Positions 39,018-49,981 of a stretch of 64,000 nt of DNA are shown here, in pieces (the stretch's first letter is position 1; each line of letters starts with the position of its first letter). A program made the translations under genes and the position numbers. A model generated the notes under the pieces. It saw nothing but the letters and a program-made list of their open reading frames with translations. It did no database searches and was not told the DNA's origin. The stretch spans positions 170,376,001-170,440,000 of the forward strand of contig NC_042998.1 in assembly GCF_006345805.1 (NCBI RefSeq), written 5' to 3'. The stretch is from Octopus sinensis (Eukaryota).

Positions 39018-39297
39018 TGTGGAAGTGCAATGGCCCAGTGGTTAGGGCAGCAGACTCGCGGTCTTAGGATCGCGGTTTCGATTCCCAAACCGGGCGTTGT
39101 GAGTGTTTATTGAGCAAAAACACCTAAAAGCTCCATGAGGCTCCGGGAGGGGGTGGTGATCCCTGCTGTACTCTTTCACCACTCTTTCTCCCACTCTTTC
39201 TTCTGTTGGCCTGCTCGCTTAGCCAGCGGGGTGGTGTCATTCGAAGGCTAAAAACAATGCGAACGCATTGGACTGGTCGGTCACGTGATCACGTGAT
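39018..39297 (+). mobile_element. tRNA-derived SINE, family C
   Basis: tggcccagtggttagggcagc...ggtttcgattccc head (A/B boxes). Related copy at 57283-57650. Confidence 0.75.
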
Positions 39298-39313
39298 ATA
39301 TTAATATATATAA

Positions 39314-39386
<73 letters not shown>

Positions 39387-39568
39387 TGGTATACTCCATT
39401 AAGATCATAGTAGAGTACAGTATAAGGCTCATCAACCTTCAGATTTACCCTGTGCTATCCAGTAGTAGTATTATACATACTTCCAGGTTTGTGTCTTTTT
39501 CAATTACATATATATATAATTATGGAATAGTTAGTATAAAGCATTGTGTGGAATATATTATATAAAAT

Positions 39569-39891
39569 TTGTGGGTAAAGCCAGAACAATGTGAAATAAA
39601 TCCAAGGCAAATTACAAGAAAACAGGCAAATGAATTAATGGTGACTTACTCTGCATTCCCTCTCTTCAGGAATTAGAAAATGCTGCAGATGTACATGTAC
39701 TCCCACACATGTACATCTGCAACATTCGCTAATTCCAGGGGAGGGTTGCATTTGCAACATTCACTAATTCCTGAAGAGAGGGTCATAATCCTGAAATGCT
39801 GAAGGCAGGGCAGGTCATCATTAATTCATTTGCCTATTTTCTTGTCATTTGTCTTGGATTTATTTCGCATTGTTCTGGCCTTACCCACGAA
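39569..39891. repeat. ~320 bp snap-back palindrome with a hammerhead-like core in the right arm
   Basis: tgtgggtaaagccagaacaatg...gcagatgtacatgt [actcccac] acatgtacatctgc...cattgttctggccttacccacg. Confidence 0.85.
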
Positions 39892-39953
39892 TATACATAT
39901 ACATGTATATACACATGTATATATACACATAGATATACATGTATGTGTGTGAG

Positions 39954-39995
<42 letters not shown>

Positions 39996-40581
39996 TATAT
40001 ATATAATATATATATATATACAGACATACATATATAGGTTAGTAGAGTTAGCAGTTGGAATAACCATCTAAGGGATAAGAATATACATTTTACTACCAGT
40101 ATAAATTACCTATGTTAACCCTGGGCATACATATGCAAGCATATTATGCTCTAAGGATACATGCAATAACAAAAATAAACAAGATTTTATCAGGAATCAA
40201 ATTTAAATTAAGCAGAAAATGGAGAAATCTTGATCAACAACAATTGACTACCATCAATTATTATTTTTTAATACATAACTTTATCCCATCAAACAGCCAT
40301 TTCTGCTTCCAATGTCCCACAGTGCTGTTAAAGAAAATTCTAAGAATAATATTCGTCATATTCTATAGCACATTCAATCTGGAACATGGAGCTTCATCAG
40401 AGTGACGAAAAATACATAAAATAAAAGAAAAGAAGGGCTTTGAGAGGAGGAATGAAGGCTTAATATATTTGAATCAAACCATTTTGCAGTGTAACACTTC
40501 AGGCCATTGAATAAATGATGAAGCGTTACACTGCAAAATGGTATGTATATATATATATATATATTATATATATATACAGAT

Positions 40582-40789
40582 ATAGTTAATCCAAACATGA
40601 AAACACAAAGAGAAAACACAACAACGCAAGGTCGTGGAACAAGTATAGTGTTATTGGACGCTCAGGAAAGGAAAGAAAGAAAGAGGATTTAACATTTCGA
40701 GCAGAGCTCTTCATCAGAAACATAGAAAAAGGAAAGGTCTAAAGAAGGGAAGACAGAGAAAGAAAATCGCCAACGATACACATGCGGTC

Positions 40790-40792
<3 letters not shown>
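40582..40792 (-). mobile_element. Short (TA)n-flanked Penelope-LTR-like element with minimal hammerhead-like core
   Basis: Minus strand reads GTTT CTGATGA A GAGC TCT GCTC GAA ATGT T AAAT (40687-40721); homolog of 5193-5400. Confidence 0.68.
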
Positions 40793-40876
<84 letters not shown>

Positions 40877-41269
40877 TATACATACATATATAGATATATA
40901 TCATCTTCATCCTCATCATTGTTTCAACATCCGCATCACCATGCATGCACATGTCCATTGAAACTGGTTGAGACTAATTTTTCTTTGCTGGATGCTTTTC
41001 CTGCCATCAACCCTTACCTCTTTTTTCCAAGCAAAGTAATATTTCCCATAGCTCACATCTTAATGCACACATGCACACACTCAAACACACACACACACAT
41101 ACACATGTACATGTGCATACATTAGACAGAAGTAATTACAGAGGTATCAAACTAGGGGTATCAAATTGTTGGACCAGGACATGAAAGTTTCAGAAATAGA
41201 CTAGTTGAGATGCAGTTTGATTTTGTGCTGGGCATAAATACTGCTGGAGCCATCTTCATCACCATCGTC

Positions 41270-42060
41270 GTCACCATCACCATCATCATCAATTAGCGTC
41301 CATTGTTCATACTGGCATAAGTTAGATGGTCTGATCAAGGCTGGCAAGCTGGAAGGCTGCACCAGATCCCAGTCTGATTTGGCATGGTTTTCTATGACTG
41401 GATGCCTTTCCCAATGCCAACCACTCCAAGAGTGTAATGGGTGCTTTTACGTACCACCGGCACTGGTGCCATTTGTGTGACACCAGTATCTGCCATTACT
41501 GTGATTTTACTTAGCTTGATGGGTCTTCATCTCAAGCACAATATAATGCCAAAGGTCTCGATCATTGCCTCCATGTGGCCCAATATTTGAAAGGAGCATT
41601 TCACATGCCACCAGCATCAGCTATTTTGCCTCTGTGCCACTGGCATGGGTGCCAGTTATGTGACACTAGCATCAGCCATGACTACAATTTCACTTGGGTT
41701 GATGGGTCTTCTCAAGCACAGAATATAGCCAAAGGTCTCAGTCTTTAGTCATTACCTCTTTGAAGCCCAAAGTTTGAAGATCATGCTTCACCACCTCATC
41801 CTGTGTCTTTCTGCGTTTACCTCTAACAAAGGTTCCCTCCACAATTAGAGATTGACACTTCTTTACACAGCTGTCCTCATTCATATGCGTCACATGACCA
41901 TACCAGTACAGTCATCTCTCTTGCACACCACATCTGATGCCTCTTATTCCCAACTTTTCTCTCAAGATGATTATACTCTGTCGAACATGCATCTGGACAT
42001 TGCACATCCAGCAAAGCATACTAGCTTCATTTCTTTCAAGCCTATGCATGTCCTCAACTG
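41270..42060 (-). mobile_element. RTE LINE 3' portion (diverged)
   Basis: Homologous to 29028-29990. Confidence 0.8.
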
Positions 42061-42151
42061 ATATATATATAATGATATTAGGGAATATAATTCCAAACTT
42101 ACAGGGGAAAATTCAATTTAGAAATACTAAATCAAATTTCACAAAATATAA

Positions 42152-42484
42152 TATATATATAATTAGAAAAAAACCCACCTTTTATCAATTCAACAATGAA
42201 AAAATTTAATTATACCATATAGAAAAAAATTATATGCTATAGAAAAAATTAAGTTTAAGATAAAAACATATACCAATGATTAAGTAATGTCCAAAATAAT
42301 AAATAAAACGTATATATTTGGTTATATGTTTTATTTATTATTTTGTACATTACTTAATCATTGGTATATGTTTTTATCTTATATAAAATTTTTTCTATAG
42401 GATGTAATTTTTTCCTATATGGTATAATTAAATTTTTTCCTTGTTGAATTGATAAAAGGTGGTTTTTTTCTAATTTATATATAT
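42152..42484. repeat. ~330 bp AT-rich snap-back palindrome with an 8-nt loop
   Basis: aattagaaaaaaacccaccttttatcaattcaacaa...aaaacgtata [tatttggt] tatatgtttt...ttgttgaattgataaaaggtggtttttttctaatt. Confidence 0.9.
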
Positions 42485-42728
42485 CTCCATGTGTCTAACA
42501 CACGTGGACATGCCTACAAAGTCAGAAAACAATACAGCTCCCATGACTTTCGGAAACATTTTTTCACACTCAGAGTTGCTGAAGCATGGAATAAACTGCC
42601 TGCGTCAGTTGTTGACTGCCATGACACTGCATCTTTTAAGGCCCTCATGCTTTCCGAAATCCGCCAAAACTACACCTGATTATATATACACTTTAGATGA
42701 GTTGTAGTGCACCTGAGCACTGTACACA

Positions 42729-42760
<32 letters not shown>
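42485..42760 (+). mobile_element. CR1-type LINE 3' fragment
   Basis: Nearly identical to 36617-36877. Confidence 0.9.
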
Positions 42761-42798
<38 letters not shown>

Positions 42799-42806
42799 AC
42801 ACACAA

Positions 42807-42845
<39 letters not shown>

Positions 42846-44009
42846 TACATATATATATATCCAGTATATGTAACTGAGGCAGCATTAAATTAAAATAGCC
42901 TCCTGTGCCACATACTTAATGTATATACACTATTTGTTGGTTAATTACTGAAATATTTGTCCTAGGATAATATTTCTTATGGATGTGTTGTGTTAAAAAC
43001 ACAATAAATATTGGAGGGAGATGAAAATTTAGCCCACCAGTAGCCAGCTGGAACACCAAATGCATTTTGGCCCTTTTGGACCTTTTCAAGGATATTTATT
43101 CACAGTGAACCACATGTTAGTACAAGAATTCATCATCTCTGATATAGGAAACAGGGAAGAAAACATTCGTTGGAGTTGTGAATAGCTATCAAGCTAAATA
43201 AAAATCAGTATATGCAATTAAGGCAGTCTTAAACTGGAATAGCCATCTATGTGTCATACTTAATATACAGTTGTTGGCCAGTTACTGCAGTATTTGTCCT
43301 ATGACATCTTTCACAAATATGTTGTGTTAAAAACAATAAACATCTTTTTAAGAAGCAGCTCCAATGCAAATGAAGTTATAAATAATAGTCCATAATATTT
43401 TGAATATAATGAATAAACTACTCTTTGGGTGGAAGAAAGGAATTTTACTTGATATTATTTGCTATTATTTATAGCTTTATTTATATTTTTCTCAATGTTT
43501 CAAGTGATCCAAAACATATCTCTTAATGACAAAATGCCTCCAATCATTCCAATTTTCTGCCAGCTCTTCTCAGTCAATCACATTTGTACCTAAGTTCCTT
43601 AGCTTGTGTTTTATGTATCTTTTCCTTTAGGTTTACTTAATGGACGTTACATCATTAGAGCTGCTTCTAATTCAAAACTGAATTTTGTTTCACTTGTGCA
43701 GCACTGTTACACATCAGCAGATAGATTTTACATCATTTGCGTATATACCTGAGACCAGCAATTCAAATTCATTTCAAGGTGACTCGGGAATGCAGTGGTA
43801 ATGTGCTGAAATAACCACAAAATATCAATATCCACCAGTCTTATTCACCTATGGAGAGATTTGTTTCATCTGGTTTGAGGTGCTCAGTGTTTTGTAACAT
43901 CTGACATTTACTTAAAGGCATAAACAAAACACATGCATTAAGTCTATGACATTGGTAATGTTTATATTATTAGAGCAGCTTCTGATTCAAAATTTTAATG
44001 TTATTGATA

Positions 44010-46900
44010 TATCATATAAGTAATGGGAAATCTTCTGGAATCATTGAATAAATACAGCAAATGTTTAACAAGAAATGAATTTCACTATATAAACAACTTC
44101 AGATATAAAGCCAAAAATTTCTATAAGTTCCGCATGTAAAACACACAGGTTAAACAATTTTGGGGACATCTTACTAAAGCCTTTCGTAAAGCACATACAG
44201 AGTTTTATTTGAGATTATCTAAATTTATTTAATTACTTACCAAATAAAAGAGTCATAATACAATTGCTGTTTCCTTTGTCATTAATTGACACACTAATAT
44301 TCCCCATGATTACATAATCAATGCAATAAAATATTGGCTGGATACATACCAAGTTGAAGTATCAGACTGCATTTAGAAAACTATCATTGATGATCTGAGA
44401 TTCATATTGCAAAATAATTACTTCATATTTGATGACTTAGTATACTATCAAATATCAGAGACTGTGATAGGAACCAAAGTTGCTTCCACATATGCCATTT
44501 TGTTAATAAGAGAAGAGAATTTACAGAGAATCTACTCAAATATTTGGAGACACATTCTAAACCTATTTAAAGCGAAAATTGAAAAATACCTAAATACCTT
44601 ACGGCTGTTTAACTCTGTAGCACAAAGATCTAAATAAACTTATGAAAGTTAAGAATCTTATAAATAATGATTGAATTTAGAACGTCCACCTTTTGTAGAC
44701 ATTTTAATCATGAGTAAATGAGGAAGAATAGAAATAGATACCTATTACAAATTTATAGATTCAAAACAGTACTTTCTTTTCTCATCCTACCATCTTAAAC
44801 ATATGGAAGCAAACATTCTGTTTAACTTAGTAAAAGAGCTATTCAAAATTGTATCAAACAAAAAACCTGATCAATTGGAAGACATGAAGAATTGAAAAAT
44901 TTATTAATTCAAAGAGCATTTCCACTTAACCTTATGATAAATGGAATAGAAAGAACAAAATATTTAGATCTCATTATATGAGAAAAGCAAAAAGCAAAAC
45001 CCAGATAAATGTTTTGCCATATGTATCTATATTTAACCCAAGAAATAATGAAATATTTCACTACATTCAAAACAATTTACTTATTCTACTTGAAGGCCAA
45101 AAAGAAATGCAAAACAATTCTGGAAAATCAACAGGTTATTGAAAGCAAAAGACAACTAAGACATTGAAAAAATACTAACTTGGGCAAAGGTTCTCTAACA
45201 AGTTCCCAACTCCATGGGTACTAAATGTAGTAGACCAAACTGTTGCTCATGTCTACATTTAACTAAAAGCTTGGAGTTAAAATTTAAGGATGAACAAGTC
45301 TTTAAAATGAAAGGAAATTCATTTGCAACTCCTAAAATTTGATTTATGTCATAAAGTGTTGTGCATGTTTGGAAAACTATATTGGTCAGACTTGAGAATC
45401 ATGGTACATAAACAACAGATATATGGTGGGTAAGAATCAAGAAAAATCCCTTAAGAAGACATATACAAGAAGTAAAAAATTATCCGCCCTTTCACAATAA
45501 CATATTTTTATTATTGTCACACTGCCTTCTGTGCATGCATGCTTTTAGTTGGTACTATTGTGATCGTGTGATCGAAGTTTGAGCCTGATCTTGCCATTTT
45601 TCTTTCTGGCTTTACAGTGTAAGCATGGCTGTTCCACTAGCAATGTGCACCAAAGACGAACAAAGAGCAGTGATCCAATTTCTTTGGTCAGAAGGTGTGT
45701 CAGGTGCTGAAATTCATCAGAAGCTTTTAACACAATATGGGGACAGTGCACTCCCATGTAGAAGTGTGTATGAGTGGATCAAGAAACTTAAAAGGAGCTG
45801 GACAAACGTGACACATGAATAGGGAGCAAGTTGCCCATAAACCTCCACCACTGGAAGATTTAGCTAGCTCAAGAGATGGTAATGGTGAACCAGTGAGTTA
45901 TCGATGAGGTAGCTCATTCTCTGCAGATTAGTCATGGTTCTGCTTATCAAATCATCCACAATGTGTTCAACTTTCATAAAATCTGTGCAAAATGGGTGCC
46001 AAGAGAGCTTACTGCAGCGCACAAGTACAAACCTCTTGAGGTCTGCCAATGTTTACTCAGTCACTACAACAATGAAGGCAAGGGAATTTTGTGCAGAATA
46101 GCCACAAGAAACGAAACATGGGTCCATCATTATGAGGCAGAATCCAAAACAGACTATGGAATGGTAACATCCTGGCTTGCCAGCGACGAAAAAATTCATG
46201 ACTCAGTTTTCCACAGGAAAGCTGATGCTAACCCTTTTTTGGGACTCAAAAGGACCTATACTTGAAGACTACCTGGAAAAGGGGTGTATGATCAATAGTG
46301 CAAGATACAATGCTTTGCTGGTCAACAAACTGAAGCCACCAATTCACACCAAATGTGAAGCATATTGTCAAAGAAGGTTTTGTTGTTGCAGGACAACAAA
46401 ATGCCCACACACAGTTGCCAAGACTGTTGAAACCATTAACCAATTGGGTTTCGAGGTGCTGGAACACCCTGCCTACAGCCAGATGTCGCCCCTTCTGACT
46501 ATCATATCTTTGGACCACTCAGAAATGGTTTACTAGGACATTGATTTCCTACAGATGAAGATGTGAAGGAAGCAGTGCATAAACGCTTGCAGGACCAACC
46601 GAAAACCTTCTTCTTGGAGGGAATATGCAAGCTTGTGGACAGCTGGAACAAGTGCATTGAAAAGGAAGGAGACTATATAGAAAAATGACATACTTATTTA
46701 TCCTCTGCTTTTGTGTAAATACATTGAAAAAACAAGAGAGTGTATAATTTTTGACTCTCCCTCGTAGAGGTAGTAGCACATGCTGGAATGGAACTATCAA
46801 ATATAAAATATTTCTATTTCACAAATGCTAAGACTCCACCATGGAACAGCAATGGATAGATAAAGACAATTTATGATGAAATATTAACCCCATTTGAACA
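44010..46900 (+). mobile_element. Decayed Penelope-like element (RT + GIY-YIG endonuclease) interrupted by a mariner
   Basis: LQNNYFIFDDLVYYQISETVIGTKVASTYA resembles the PLE RT NYFxF...YxQxxGxxMG motif; TYYKFIDSKQYFLFSSYH is the thumb; CSRPNCCSC is a Cys linker; NLIYVIKCCACLENYIGQT is GIY-YIG. Many stops and frameshifts. Confidence 0.8.
45464..46766 (+). mobile_element. Full-length mariner (Tc1/mariner) transposon with disrupted transposase
   Basis: EQRAVIQFLWSEG (HTH), KICAKWVPRELT, ETWVHHYEAESK, KLMLTLFWDSKG, LEHPAYSQ. TA-flanked imperfect TIRs: ta-caagaagtaaaaaattatccgccct / agagtgtataatttttgactctccctcg-ta. Confidence 0.92.
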
Positions 46901-47015
46901 TTTGGCAAATAATTTCTATAAATTATAAGATAGAGATTACTAACAAACAATAATGGACGTTTGGGATACACATACATGTACAGATGAGCACATGTTGATA
47001 TACTGATTGGATATC

Positions 47016-47246
47016 TTTTATCTTTTATTTTTTACTCATTTCAACCATTAGGCTGTGGCCATGCTGAGGCACTTGAATTTTTAGTCAAGTGAATGAACCA
47101 ACCCCAGTACTTCTTTTTTAAGCCTGGTACTTATCCTGATCAGTCTCTTTTGCTGAACCAGTAAGCTACAGGGATGCAAACACACCAACACTGGTTGTCA
47201 AATGTGTGGGGAAGGACAAACACAGATACAAAGATACACCACATAG

Positions 47247-47328
<82 letters not shown>

Positions 47329-47468
47329 ATTTCTTTCAGTTTCCATCTACCAAATGCACTTACAAGACTTTGGTCAGCCCGAGGCTATAGTAGAAAACAC
47401 TTTTCCAAGGTGCCATGCAGTGGGACTGAACACAGAACTATATGACTGGGAAGCAAGCTTCTTACCAC
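47016..47468 (-). mobile_element. tRNA-derived SINE, family A (diverged)
   Basis: Reverse-complement homology. Confidence 0.82.
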
Positions 47469-47764
47469 CTGTATGCATGTATGTGTGTGTATGTGTGTAT
47501 GCATGTGTGTGTCTTTGTATCTCTTATGCAGATTCTTCAATTTTGCTATTTACATGCCCTACTATTTATTTACATACCTTTCTATCTTTTACATTTTTGT
47601 ATAGGGCTTGCAAGATTCTTTAAGTGAATTTGTGTGTTGGAAAAAATTTTGTTGTGTCTAGGAAGAGTCATTATGCCAATATCAATAACAAGTACACTGA
47701 TTCAAAACACTATCCAACCAACTAACTGGTCATTTATTTAACTTTCCTGTATTAAATTGCAACA

Positions 47765-48463
47765 TTGACCAGAAACCGAGACCTATGGAAGTATGCTGTG
47801 CGTGAGAAGACCCGGCAAGACCAGTGAGAACAATCAAAATGAAGCCAAATCAAATGATATATCAGAAAGCAGAACCAAAATTGAGGTCGATCAACATCAG
47901 TGGGAATTGCAGCTGTGGTTAAGTGAACCATCCATTCGTGTCCGCTGCCAGCCTCGCCTGGCCCCCGTGTCAGTGACACGTAAAAGCACCATTCGTTCGT
48001 GGCCGTTTGCCAGCTCTGTCTGGCCCCCGTGTCGGTGGCACGTAAAAGCACCATCCGTTCATGTCCATTGCCAGCCTTGCCTGGCCCCGTGCCGGTGACA
48101 TGTAAAAGCACCATCCGTTCGTGGCCGTTTGCCAGCTCTGTCTGGCCCCCATGTCGGTGGTACGTAAAAGCACCATCCGTTCGTGTCCGTTGACAGCCTC
48201 GCCTGGCCCCCGTGCCAGTGACACGTAAAAGCACCATCTGTTCGTGGCCGTTTGCCAGCTCTGTCTGGCACCTGTGCAGGTGGCACGTAAAAAGCACCCA
48301 CTACACTCACGGAGTGGTTGGCGTTAGGAAGGGCATCCAGCCGTAGAAACACTGCCAGATCTGACTGGGCCTGACGAAGCCTTCCAGCTTCACAGACCCC
48401 AGTTGAACCGTCCAACCCATGCTAGCATGGAAAGCGGACGCTAAATGATGATGATGATGATGA
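47765..48463 (+). mobile_element. RTE LINE 3' end with six ~60 bp tandem units and (GAT)n tail
   Basis: Begins RNRDLWKYAVREKTRQD (same as ORF 29638-29871) and then the 3' UTR. Confidence 0.88.
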
Positions 48464-49058
48464 TTAGTGCTTATCATTTATGATGAGATAGCAAAAAGGT
48501 TAAATTTCAAACAACCACTCCTTGCCTTCTCTGCTTTCACTTTTTCTTTAGCTGTAACAATTTCAGCTCTCTAAATATTCTCATTACATTCCTAACTTTC
48601 TCATTTCATTTCACATACTCTCAGGGTGTAAACCAGTTAGAATGTAAGTTGAAAAAATTTAATATATATATAAATGAAATATTAGTTCTGTTTTTTTAGT
48701 CTTTGGTTTTTCTAAAAAGATTGCTATTGTTTTAACATTCTTTCACATTTTCAGCAATTTTTTGTTTATATAATACAATCTGTATGGAAACTTTTAACCA
48801 CATATAAATATCTTTTACTTGTTGCAATTATTAGTCTGCAGCCATGCTGGGGTATCATCTTGAAGGGTTTAAGTTGAATGAAGTGACTCCAGTACCTATT
48901 TTATAAGCATGGTACTTATTCTATTAGACTCTTTGCCAATCCATTAAGTTACATTGCCAAAACTGGTTATTACACAGTGGGTGTGTGTGTGTATACATAT
49001 TTCAACTAACCGCTCTTAGGGTGTTAACCAGTTAGAATGTAAGTTGAAAAGATTTATT

Positions 49059-49920
49059 ATACAGTAATCCCTCGACTATGGGGGAGTGGTGTTACCTTCC
49101 AAACCCCACCACAATAGGTGAAAATCTGCAAAGTAGAAACAGTACTGTACTGTATATTCTTTTTATTATATTTATATATTTAAGCTTTTATAAACACTCC
49201 TCAAACTCTTAGGAGTACCGGTTTCTTCTGTTTTTTTGTGGGTGAGGAACATAGTGATGGGCAGTTGCTGGTGCTGTCTTTTCATCTGTGTAAGGAAGTT
49301 TTTATAAACTTCCATGGCTCCATCAATTGTATTCCTGAACTGCAACGTGCAAATCATCTGGGGGTCCCAATCTTCTGCCATTCTCTGAAGTTCTTTTGGC
49401 AGCCTACATCTGCACACCTTCTCCCTTACTTAAGCATGTCAAGGAGTCTCACCGTCTTTGCATCTTCCTCTGGCATCTTCCTCTGGCACTTCTGTTCACT
49501 GCCAGAAGCCTTAGAAGGTGCAGAACATATGGGTAATATCATAGGGACTGAAATAAATTCACAATTTTACACACAAATGCAAAACAACAACACTCACTTG
49601 CTTCTCAAGTTTCATTTTCCATACAGTATGTACGTTTCTTTGTTTACTCATCTACGGTACATTATGTATTTTCTTTTGATATATCTTAATTAATATGTTA
49701 TACAGTGCAGTATTGTACTGTTTTTGTATTTATTAATTTATTAATTTTTGGGGGTGAAAATGCTTATTTTACCACAGAAATAATTAAAGCCTAAAAACAT
49801 ATAAATACTTATCAGCTGCAGAAACCTGTGATATACTGAGGTGTCCATGATATAAATTTTACATATATTAGCCAGAAAAATCGCAGTGTATTGAGGGTAC
49901 GATAAGTGAACCACGATATG
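49059..49920 (-). mobile_element. Internally deleted Tigger/pogo-like DNA transposon
   Basis: Terminus ta-cagtaatccctcgact. ORF 49172-49417 ...DWDPQM...FRNTIDGAMEVYKNFLTQMKRQHQQLPITMFL resembles Tigger transposase C-termini. Related copy at 56576-57098. Confidence 0.65.
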
Positions 49921-49981
49921 CATGCATGCATACATACATACATACATACATACATACAAACATGCACACATACATACATAC

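Noticed and set aside
45625-46690. Functional or domesticated mariner transposase gene
   Set aside because: Multiple stops and frameshifts split the ORF, and the first catalytic Asp region reads TRNETW rather than TGDETW.
47925-48298. CRISPR-like regularly spaced repeats
   Set aside because: Units are similar along their whole length with no unique spacers, sit in a LINE 3' UTR, and the DNA is eukaryotic with no cas genes.
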